From Paramicrosporidium saccamoebae KSL3 (taxonomy: Eukaryota > Fungi > Cryptomycota): a stretch of 17,581 nt of DNA. The stretch is from positions 20,480 through 38,060 of the forward strand of contig MTSL01000166.1 in NCBI GenBank assembly GCA_002794465.1. Direction: 5' to 3'. This document shows, in pieces, positions 8,629 through 17,537 of the stretch. Made by a program: the position numbers and the translations under genes. Positions within the stretch are counted from its first letter, which is position 1. Every line of letters begins with the position of its first letter. Below the pieces are notes generated by a model. That model worked only from the letters and a program-made list of their open reading frames with translations. It made no database searches and was not told the origin of the DNA.

Positions 8629-8634
8629 TTTATA
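8629..8634 (-). promoter_or_regulatory. TATA box (TATAAA) of the expansin-like gene
   Basis: 44-49 nt upstream of ATG 8585; CCAAT motifs further upstream at 8670, 8734 and 8785. Confidence 0.45.
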
Positions 8635-9040
8635 GAACTTTGCCAAGATATGACATGTACGGAGCACAGCCAATCGCCCTAGGTCAATCTGCGATGTGGT
8701 CTGCATCGCTATTGGTGCAGCTACACGAATGGGCCAATCAAATCGTCCACATGGCTGCTCGTTTCTCTGTAAATTCACGAATATCCAATGTCCGTCATCT
8801 CCTCATAGCCCAAATAGTGTATACTTTTTGAGATGGGCTGCAGTGGCAATAAATTACTCATTATGCGGCACTTTCAATAATTGCTATTGTGTCCAACTCA
8901 TCTAGGCGGTTTTCTGAACAGTCGTCTATCATCCCGGCGTAAGCCACGACACCCACTAATTGGCTACAACTTTTAGTGCTAACCAAATGGAAGAAGGTAG
9001 AGAAAGGCGAGCGGTTAATTTCCAGCATGCAGCAGGATTC

Positions 9041-9108
9041 GCCAATCAAGCATGCCTCTCCTTATTTCCACAGGGGACCGGTCACACGTGGTAATTGCGT
9101 GATCTTGA
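9041..9108 (+). promoter_or_regulatory. Decayed copy of the family A promoter
   Basis: Ungapped alignment to 289-356 at 50/68 identity; proximal CCAAT mutated to CCGGT and TATA-like element lost. Confidence 0.7.
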
Positions 9109-9137
9109 CGTGCCATTACACATATCTGATCTGCCCC

Positions 9138-9420
9138 ATGATATTCTACGTCATCTTCTCGGCGATTCTGAAATATCGCGCAACCTACCATCACAAAGCC
9201 CATAAGTGGCAAACATTAGCACCAATGTTGAAAGTGTCTGCAAGTTTGGATGTACCTGCAAGAGATCTTTGCGAGGCCAAAATGTCACATCATGTGTTTG
9301 CTTCTACCAGATTACGAATAGACAGCTACCATCCAGTATCTGTCAAAGTTTCATTAACCACCTATTTCAATTAATTTTCAGGCGAGGATATATGTTGACT
9401 GAACTAATATCAATTGACAT
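9138..9420 (+). pseudogene. Family A pseudogene A3 (5' deletion, frameshifts; end approximate)
   Basis: FYVIFSAILKYRATYHHK..KW in one frame, WMYLQEIF in a shifted frame, then CEAKM back in the first frame; these match A1 YVVLLAVLKYRAAHHRK..KW, WMYLREIF and CEAK. Confidence 0.8.
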
Positions 9421-9447
9421 ATATACTCGCCTGAAAATTCATCTGAA

Positions 9448-9925
9448 TTATTGTGCAATCACGATTGCTTGTGGTGACACTGTTGTTGTGGCCAGTACGA
9501 GCTTCTCTGGAGCATTGCGCAGGATAGTCAAGGTTGCCTCAAACTAGCACCAGACTCTGAGGAAATTTATCTGAACACAAAGACTGTCTTGAAATCTTCC
9601 TTCAATCGAATGTAGACCAAAACATAATCCCAATCAAGTATCAACTAGCTTCTCCGCCAATTGCTGGATTCCCAAATGCGCGAAAGGGATAGGACACGCA
9701 GATTATTGCAATTATTGTGTCTTGGCGTGACGAGTCCCTCATGGGATCCAGCTTAGGGTTGGCCCAGTCTAAGCACGATAGCACTTTCTTTGTTGTTGGG
9801 CGGCTCTTATGGGGCTCGATGATGCGTGTCATACCGAACAGAGTGGCGATTGCGATTGCGATCAGCAGCACTACTGCTGCCCACATCTTGCCATCATCGC
9901 GGAAGAATAGTGCGATCACAAGGAT
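9448..9925 (-). pseudogene. Family B pseudogene B3 (5'-truncated, closest to B1)
   Basis: DGKMWAAV...MTRI.E...KKVLSC...PKLDPMRD.SR matches B1. GEAS*YLIGIMF aligns with GETGWYLVGILF. Frameshifted RLKEDFKTVFVFR* and LTILRNAPEKLVL align with RLKQSPKAVLVFIW and WTIPRNDPEMLIL. Confidence 0.85.
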
Positions 9926-10587
9926 CTCGGCATTTTCAAGCGTGTCACACATATTTCCTTTCAAAACGCACTATACTGCTAAACCTATCCAACCCACTGC
10001 CACAGGCTCTCCGGCACCATCCTTGAAGCGACCGCACATAACAAGTGCCGCCGACAGCATGACCATGGTGAGTTCATTGCCTCCTCTGGCGAACCGTATT
10101 CCATCCAATGTCGCCAGGAAGCCAAAAATACAACGCACCGCGAACCTACCGCGCCTTGCCCAGTCGGCACTGGGGTGCCATCTTCCTGGGTCCAATTCTG
10201 GGCACATTCTGTTAGCCATTGATATGGCCTTCTCGATAAAGGGCCTCTTGGACGACCTTGCCCAGCAGGTGGTGAACAGGATCACCACCATGACCTACAG
10301 CATGAACAAGGCCGTCTATCCCTTAGTGTCCCCTCGGAAGTACGGAGCAGCTACCACGATGAGTGTCCACATCCAGAACACATGGATGTGCAATATAGGG
10401 CCACATGACTCCAGAACGTAGTCGCAGCCGGCGACAGCAATCACGACCACGAACGTGCCTACCCATCTTGCCAAGATGTCGACGGAGCAAAAGTAACTGA
10501 CTGTAGCAATGTCAATGACAGAAGGTTAGGCTTACTGGCAATCCTCAACAGGTGAAGGGCAGCACAGACAATGCCAACACCAGGCAG
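9926..10587 (-). pseudogene. Family B pseudogene B-Y
   Basis: Start codon is CTG (10585-10587) where B-X has ATG; intron 10501-10535 is intact; in-frame TAG at 10316-10318, 10295-10297 and 9971-9973; only 6 nt of upstream sequence shared with B-X, so no TATA box. Confidence 0.85.
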
Positions 10588-11128
10588 GGCGAGATCAGCA
10601 TCGTGAGCTCGTTCCCTCCTCTGGCGAACCGTATCTCATTTAGTGTTGCGAGGAAGCCAACAAGACAACGGACTACAAATCGACCACGCCTTGCCCAGAC
10701 GGCACTGAGGATGTATCTATCCGGGTCCAAGATTGGACCCATCCTGTCGGTGATTGCCAGGACTTTCTTGATTAAGGGCCTCTTGGACGGCCTTACCCAA
10801 TGAGTGACTAGCAAGGTCACCACTATGGCCATCAGCATCAACAAAGCTGCCCACGCCTTGGTACTCCCTCGAAAGTATGGAGCAGCTACCACAATGACTG
10901 TCCACATCCAGAACACATGGATGTGCAATATTTGGCCGCATGACTCCATAATATAGTCACAGCCAGCGACAGCAACCACGAACACGAACACGAACGTGCC
11001 TACCCATCTTGCCAAGATATTGACGGAGCAAAAGTAACTGACTGTAACAATGTCAATGACAGAAGGTTGGGCTTACTGGCAATCCTCAACAGGTGAAGGG
11101 CAACACAGACAATGCCAACACCAGACAT
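10545..11128 (-). CDS. Family B membrane protein B-X (182 aa; join 11128-11077, 11041-10545), C-terminally truncated by the duplication junction
   Basis: GCCATG start, 52-nt exon 1, 35-nt intron GTAAGC...TTGAC...ACAG, open frame to TGA at 10545. The last ~15 aa are B-Y exon 1 read in another frame. Confidence 0.7.
11042..11076 (-). other. 35-nt spliceosomal intron of B-X (phase 1)
   Basis: Canonical GT-AG with TTGAC branch-like motif; 33/35 identical to 10501-10535; same position as the B1 intron. Confidence 0.85.
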
Positions 11129-11581
11129 GGCGAGTTGTTGGGGGATCCACTGTGCCACTTGTTTTATGCAGGCGCATGAACTGCCTAATCTGGAAGACTG
11201 AGCAAATGCGGACTCAGGAGCAACCCGAGAATAGAATAATTTGATTTGATAGACCAAGTCGCCAAGGGGGTTGCTCCACAGAGTACTGATTAGGGGCCAT
11301 CCCAGAATTTGACAAATCGACTCTGGGACCTGACTCACAGCGTTCTAATACTCTTTGCCCCAAGGCGCTTGTAGCTTGCTTTTCAAGTGCTGCGGCATCG
11401 TGCAAGCTTATGACGTGAAGTGGATAAGCTTTTCTTGCAATTTAGGCTTCACCATACCAGCCAATGACAACAATAGGAAGAAGTGGACCAATGGGGGGGG
11501 GTATTGCTTTCCACCTCTCCTAGGAGGCCAATCACACTGATGACCATAAATGTCTTGATGTAATGCTCCGTGCCTAACATC
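11129..11581. promoter_or_regulatory. Putative bidirectional promoter between B-X (-) and A2 (+)
   Basis: CATAAAA (-) at 11162-11168; CCAAT at 11461, 11488 and 11528; CATAAAT (+) at 11545-11551. Shares TGCCTAAT and AATGCGGAC with the B1 upstream region and GGCCAATCACAC with the A1 upstream region. Confidence 0.55.
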
Positions 11582-12202
11582 ATGCAAGTAACCAGTGGCT
11601 ACGCTTGGCGAAACTTGACTGCTTCTTCTCTCTACGCTGCTTTGTCGTTCTATTTGTTCTGTTTATCAGGCTTTGAGATTCTAGCGTGGTCTGGAGAGTG
11701 GAGGCTGAGGGGGAAATGGACCTGCTTTATCGTGCCTTACATCGCCCTTCTGGCAATCCTCAAGTATCGTGCCGCTCATCATCGTAAAATTCGCAAGCAC
11801 CAGGATCCTGGCTGCACCACCGATGATAGCGACAAGAATAGTAGCAGATTGCCGATGTATCTACAAGAAGCATTCTACAGCAAGGCGAAAATGTCCTCCA
11901 TTTATCTTCGAGCATTTAACGAGTACTGGAATTTGGCCTGCTATTCCGTCGTTTGGATGCTGTTTCCAAAACATATCGCATTAGTCTATTTGTTGACTGT
12001 ATGGGTGTCCATAGTTGTACAGACAATAATGGTTGGCATCCATTGGTACGCCCTCACCGGCGCAGATTATTTAGTTTACAATGGTCGGCGCTACACAATC
12101 TACGTACTGGGAATGTCTGTTTCTCTGCTAAAAGATGAAGAGGGAAAGGTTCTATGCTATCCAACTCTTGATCTCCATGGACTGATTCGATCCGACACTT
12201 AA
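11582..12202 (+). CDS. Family A multi-pass membrane protein A2 (206 aa), unknown function
   Basis: Intact ORF; ATG 11582 preferred over GTG 11570 because promoter spacing matches A1; paralog of 382-963. Confidence 0.85.
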   Translation: MQVTSGYAWRNLTASSLYAALSFYLFCLSGFEILAWSGEWRLRGKWTCFIVPYIALLAILKYRAAHHRKIRKHQDPGCTTDDSDKNSSRLPMYLQEAFYSKAKMSSIYLRAFNEYWNLACYSVVWMLFPKHIALVYLLTVWVSIVVQTIMVGIHWYALTGADYLVYNGRRYTIYVLGMSVSLLKDEEGKVLCYPTLDLHGLIRSDT

Positions 12203-12390
12203 TCCATGGCAATGTAACAATCGTTAGAACTGTTGTAAAATGCTCTCTGATTAATATACCTTGGTACTAATAAATATGCACATCTGCGTCCCAAATTTGG
12301 AATCTCCGGTAGGGGCCTCAATACGACAAACTCTCCAATAGCGTGCATTCTCCGATTCTATTGCACGCGTTGATTTTCCACCAGCGACCC

Positions 12391-12548
12391 GGCAAACACA
12401 TCTAGAGACATGTACTCCCCTTTAGCACAATTCCGCGTTTGAAGACGAGGAGCAGAAGTTTATGTACTACCCGACTGCTGATATTTGCGGATTACTCCCA
12501 CCTGACCATGACCATGACCAAGGCCGTGAACCGCTTACCGGCCAATAA
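12391..12548 (+). pseudogene. Family A 3' fragment A4
   Basis: EDEEQKFMYYPTADICGLLPPD (from 12441) matches A1 QDEEQNNLYYPTIDNLGLLPPE; the upstream GK motif is out of frame and there is an in-frame TAG at 12423. Confidence 0.8.
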
Positions 12549-12929
12549 AGGCAGCGGTGATTCTTGTATTGTAAAGTAGTGGTATATTTATCTGGATGCT
12601 TATCCAAATATGGAAGGTAGAGTCAGAGGTGAGGAACAGAAAAATTGACTCTCCAATTTTTGGACACCATGTCGGAGAGCCCATACCAGTGGGTAATGAA
12701 CAACTCTCTGTCGTCCATTTATACCAACACCGTGGTCATACTCCCACACGTAACATTATGATGGGTTGGCTGTAGGAGCATGTCATTGAATAAAAATCTT
12801 GATTACATTTAGAATTCCGAGACCCAGTGCGCTTAACTATCCAATATCCTTGTTCGCTTGGTGATTAATGTACCTTGGTCCGGATTCGTCGCGTCATTAG
12901 TAGCCCAACGTCAACAGACAGGGCCTGTC

Positions 12930-15143
12930 ATGACCGTTTTAGAATTTGAACTATCTCCACCGAAAGAGCAGTCCGCCGAGGTCTATTCAATTGAAGACGG
13001 CTGTCTTTCAGAACTATTGGATATTTCAAAGCATGCAGAGCACAACTTGATACACGTACTAGACACTCTTACAAGAGTCGTGTCTCTTCTGAGACCTGAA
13101 ACTCATTCTGAAATACTGCAGAAGGCATACGTCTCCCTTGTGAATTTTCACGCGTCTGGCACCATCTGGACTGTGGAGATGACACAAACACAAACACATA
13201 TCTGGAATCGTCTTTTGCAGTTGTATTTCTCAATTCCGGATAGGCTAGCATCCGTGCTAGACAGTACTATCTCGCCAGTAGAGTTTATTCGCTCACTGGT
13301 CAATAATGACGGGTTCAGAGTAGCCAAAGAGCAGAGAGTTGTAGATATTGTGCAAAAGTCTGCCGGTATAGGCGGCATTCAGGCATTTGCAGAAGCCATG
13401 TTGAGGAACAAACAGTATGAGCTTGTAAAGTATTGCCTGGACCAGCTTTCTTTACCATCCTTGGATTCCTTTGTTAGTGAGCTTTGTAACAGTTTGTCTG
13501 TCGGCTGCGCCGATCCTCTCTCACTAGTGACGCTGGTTGAAAAGGTGCTGGCGACAAATGTCTCGCCGTCCATTCTTCGATTGATTCCAGACATTCCGTT
13601 TGATGTTCTATCAACGCATCTTTACTTTCTCGATAGTGATCAAATTGGTCAATTTGCCAAACATTTATTAGAACTCTGGGCAGTGCGTACAGACTTGTTG
13701 CGCTCGCCGCTTCATTGGCAACGAAAAGTGACCAAGCTGACATTGGTGGCACTATCCTACTGCAGCTACAATCTTCTCAGTGTCAATAGTCTTGAAGGGT
13801 TCATTCTTGATGGTGTTCAGAAACGATTAAATTCTTCAGATGAGGACGTTGCGCTTTTGGGAAAAGTTGTGGCGGAATGCTTTGCTACTCTCACAAGCAC
13901 AGAAACCAAATTGACATTTGAACTTGATGCTAGCTCGGTGCAAGACCTGAGATATTCGTTTGAATATGCCCGAATCCTTGGGGACCTTTTGTTGAATGGC
14001 CTGCCTTGTGTTAAAGCCGAGCTGGATTGGTCATTTGAACAGAAACCAATCCCGGTGGTTGATGATTATGAGTTAATTGAACCCTCGGTGCAGGGAATAC
14101 CAGCTTTGGTCCTTGAAAAAGATGCAAAACCCATTATGAAGATTACCGAAGCTGACGAAGAGCCGCGTAATGCCAAAATCAAAAAGCCCAGGTTTGTCAG
14201 AGAATGTCTCGCATACCTGAAGTGCCCCGATGATCCTGCAAAGCTGGAGCTAGGCATAACCCAGCTTGGAAAGTGTCTCAAAGAGTCTTCGACGCTACTG
14301 CTGGAAGAAATTGGCGCAGATCTATTTCGAGCCATACTGTTCCAGATGGACCACTTTGACATTCCCAACTTTGATGAAATGCGAAAGGCTTCTTTATGCG
14401 AGCTACTTCAAAGGGCTCCGCAAGTCGTGGGTCCCGTGATTATCAAGGAACTGGCCGGCCGTTCATGCAGTTTGCGCCAAAAATTGGAAACTGTCATTTG
14501 CTGCATGTTGGCAATCAAGTCTCGCCCGGCAGAACGGGATCGAGAGCCGATTACTGAACTCCGAATGAAACTCCTGTCTACCGAACTCGGTCTCTCAGAT
14601 ACCGCTGTGTCAGCGTCTCTAAATCCGGCCAGCGTGATTAGAAACGCCATCCTTCCACTATTCTCCGCAATTCCGTAACTGATCCATGATTGTCTGACTT
14701 TTAGGGATGCCAACTGTAAGGCAGTGTCTAGTCCTCTCCTACTCGAAAAGGTAATCTTGCTGCTCGCTCTTGCGGCCACCACAATGAGTTCCCTTCCCGA
14801 CTACTCCCAATATGTAAAGAAAGTGCTGAATTTTATGCGGCCTTTGTTTCAAGCAAGACAGCCCCTCGAGCGTCCCATCTTACGGACGTGCCTTATTGCA
14901 TTGCAGTGTGTCCTGTCTGGGATCCCTGAAGGAATTTCAATTCTAGAATACATTGAAGATGTGGTAATCATAGGAAAGTTTCTGGAAGATAATGAACAGC
15001 TCTCTGAGCTAGATCCAGGCTATATCGCCATGGCTGGATATGTAGCTACGTTTTTGCAAGAACGAGCTGACCCTGTGAGACTACTACAAGAGGCAGCATC
15101 AGAAATGAGTTTTGAGCGAGAACTTGATGTAAAGTATAAATAA
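12930..15143 (+). CDS. TEL2: TEL2/TELO2 PIKK co-chaperone, TTT complex subunit (727 aa; join 12930-14674, 14705-15143)
   Basis: GVQKRLNSSDEDVALLGKVVAECF..LTFEL, KPRFVRECLAYL, LEEIGADLFRAIL...FDIPNFDEMRKASL and SLRQKL match my recollection of Tel2 motifs. A 30-nt intron joins the two listed ORFs in frame. Start ATG 12930 is the first in-frame ATG and is less certain. Confidence 0.85.
14675..14704 (+). other. 30-nt spliceosomal intron of TEL2
   Basis: GTAACT...CTGAC.TTTTAG; removal gives ...AIP-DANCKAVSSP in frame with ORF 14724-15143. Confidence 0.9.
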
Positions 15144-15328
15144 TTGAATGTCTGTTTATCTGTGAATCAAAGGTACAAGGTCTATTATAAGAGTTTGCAA
15201 CACGGATAGATGCCCTCCGCCCTTACTACAAACACAATAGTCATGGGACGCTCGCCCTCGTCCCGGCCAATAAAAAGCCTCCGGGGTAGTTGTGGAAATC
15301 CACAAGTCCACTCTCCTGTGTAGACAGC

Positions 15329-17533
15329 ATGGGAACTGAAGTGCCGCCCTATAAACCAGTTCCCGACGACGAGGTCCCCCTCGCGCAACGTTTGCTCCAG
15401 CTCCAGAAAAAGAGGGCTAGCGAACTGGCTGCTGCGGCTGGAAAGGTAGTGTTGTGGGTGTTCTTATTCTAGGTGACCATTAAGCCTGATCCAGGTGTAG
15501 AGACTGCAGTTAAAAAGGCCAAAGTAAAGGCTGATCCAGGAGTAGAGACTGTGGTTAAAAAGACGAAAGTAAAGGCTGATCCCGGTGCCAGCGAATTTGA
15601 GACTGCGGTCAAGAGGGCCAAGGTCAAGCCTGATCCAGGTGCAGAGTTCACAGCCATTGTCAAGGAAAAACTGGGCGAAGAGACAAAGACGAAAAAGAGC
15701 AAAAAGACAAAGGATGATCCTGATGCCTCTCCCGACGCTGAAGAGTACCGCTGGTGGGAGGAGCAGGACAATGACGGCTCGGTAAAATGGACAACCCTTG
15801 AGCACCACGGTCTCTATTTTCCTCCTCTCTACGAGCCGCACGGGGTAAAGATGCTGTACAACGGCAAACCCATTGAGCTGGAACCGGAGGCAGAAGAGGT
15901 GTCCTCCTTCTTTGCCGCCATCATCGGCACCGATCACTACGACAATGAAATTTTCCGCAAGAATTTCTTTGAGGATTTCTGCGCCGTGCTGCATTCAATC
16001 AACTCCAAATACCGAAACGTAATCACCGAGTTTGAAAAGTGCGACTTTGGGCCAATTGCAGAACATTTGGCCATGCTACGAGAAAAGAAAAAGATGATGG
16101 GAAAGGAGGAGAAGGAGTTGTTAAAAAAGGAAAAGAGTAAGATTGATGAGCATTATGGGTTCTGCACATTGGACGGGCGAAAGGAAAAGGTTGGCAATTT
16201 CAGAGTGGAGCCTCCGGGTTTGTTCCGCGGACGTGGAAAGCATCCGAAAGCGGGAAAGTTAAAGACGCGCGTTCCACCCGAATCAATTACAATCAATGTT
16301 GGCGAGGGATGTCGCGTACCTCCCCCGCCAGAGGGGCACTCCTGGGGCAAAGTAGTACATGATAACACTGTCACTTGGCTTGCAAATTGGACTGAGAACA
16401 TTAACAAAGCACAAAAGTACGTTTACCTCGCTGCAGGCTCATCGCTCAAAGGACAATCCGATCTTCGCAAGTTTGAAGTGGCCCGTAATCTGAACAAACA
16501 CGTAGAAAAGATCCGAAGGGGAAATGCCGAGGAATTGCGCTCAAAGGAAATGTTTGTGCGTCAACGAGCAACGGCGCTATGGTTGATTGATCATCTTGCG
16601 CTTCGTGCGGGAAACGAAAAAGGCGAAGATGAGGCGGATACGGTGGGCTGTTGCTCACTCCGCTGCGAACACGTGCGACTGGAGGAGCCGAACTTTGTCA
16701 TTTTCGATTTTCTGGGCAAGGACTCTATCCGATATTACAACCGAGTGCCGGTGGACGCCATCATATTCAAGAATTTGGGCATCTTTATGCGGCCGCCCAA
16801 AACAAAGGACGATCCCATTTTTGACCGTCTCAACACGGGAATGCTTAACAAGTATCTAAACACCCTCATGCCGGGTCTCACGGCCAAAGTGTTCCGTACT
16901 TATAATGCGTCACACACCTTCCAGGAGGAGCTGAAAAAGACGCCACAGGAAGGCACTGTCCATGAGCTAGTCCTCGCCTACAACCGTGCCAATCGAGAAG
17001 TGGCGGTGCTGTGTAACCATCAGCGTGCTGTCCCCAAGACGCATCAGCAGTCGATGCAGAAGCTGTCGGATAAGATTCTCACCATGAAATATCAGCGTCA
17101 TTTAATACGAGGCGAGATGAAGGAAGAAGTTTCAACAAAGGAGCTGCGCAGTGAATGTCCTCAGGCACTTGGGGAAGAGTCTGACATGGACGAGGAGACC
17201 ATTGTCCAGAAGGCTAAAGAAGCCGACGATTTGGAACGATCTAAAATGGACGAAGGAAAATCGCCAAAATCCAAAAAGCGGGCCGGCAAAGAGACTCTTA
17301 TTAAACGCTTCGTTGCCCTTACCGCACGCATCGAAGCAGCCAAGAATCAGCGCATTGATCGGGACGAAAATAAGACCACATCATTGGGTACTTCCAAGAC
17401 GAATTACATTGACCCGAGGATCACAGCCGCATGGTGCGAGAAACACAAAGTGCCCATTGAGAAAATGTTCAACAAGAGTCTGAGGGAAAAGTTCAAGTGG
17501 GCCATGACAGTGCCACACGACTGGCAGTTCTAA
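15329..17533 (+). CDS. TOP1: DNA topoisomerase I, eukaryotic type IB (725 aa; join 15329-15445, 15473-17533)
   Basis: EEYRWW, KWTTLEHHG, EPPGLFRGRG.HPK.G, catalytic pentad LRAGNEK / FLGKDSI / KVFRTYNAS / LCNHQR / SKTNYIDPR. Exon 1 DDEVPLAQRL..KKR resembles the yeast Top1 N-terminal DDDVPLSQTLKKRK. Confidence 0.98.
15446..15472 (+). other. 27-nt spliceosomal intron of TOP1
   Basis: AAG|GTAGTG...TTCTAG|GTG; removes the in-frame TAG and supplies an ATG-initiated exon 1. Branch motif is weak. Confidence 0.75.
15479..15665 (+). repeat. Four coding repeats [IV]K[PA]DPG...(45, 45, 54, ~43 nt) in the TOP1 N-terminal domain
   Basis: Units start at 15479, 15524, 15569 and 15623. Confidence 0.9.
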
Positions 17534-17537
17534 TAAA
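17532..17537 (+). terminator. AATAAA polyadenylation signal overlapping the TOP1 stop codon
   Basis: TTC TAATAAA GTT. Confidence 0.5.

Larger units (their letters stand above)
10055..11134. repeat. Head-to-tail tandem duplication, period 535-541 bp (~10055-10593 and ~10596-11134)
   Basis: Anchors CTCCTCTGGCGAACCGTAT at 10081 and 10616; CTGTA(G/A)CAATGTCAATG at 10501 and 11042; one 6-nt indel (AACACG). Confidence 0.95.

Noticed and set aside
9641-10318. Stop-codon reassignment: in-frame TAG/TGA in family B copies, two aligned with Trp (TGG) of paralogs
   Set aside because: TOP1, TEL2 and the 1733-aa CDS (over 3000 codons) have no internal stops after splicing, A1 ends in TGA where A2 ends in TAA, and the same copies carry frameshifts or a lost ATG. 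Ordinary pseudogenisation explains it.
9717-10803. Antisense ORFs 9717-10421 (234 aa) and 10552-10803, also 1526-2041 and 1402-1767
   Set aside because: Shadows of the minus-strand family B genes; splice sites, TATA boxes and protein-level conservation are all on the minus strand.
9448-11134. RIP-like mutation of duplicates
   Set aside because: Only one stop is a clear TGG-to-TAG change; differences include many transversions and I saw no consistent CpA-to-TpA bias. Not formally computed.
11214-11405. ORF with ALGQRVLERCESGPRVDL, faintly like the B1 loop AMVKRVLACSERVSPKLD
   Set aside because: No ATG, no flanking TM homology, and it lies within the B-X/A2 intergenic region; probably chance.
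16200-17420. Camptothecin-resistance substitutions in TOP1
   Set aside because: Residues equivalent to human R364 (FRGRG), D533 (GKD) and N722 (TNY) are all wild-type.
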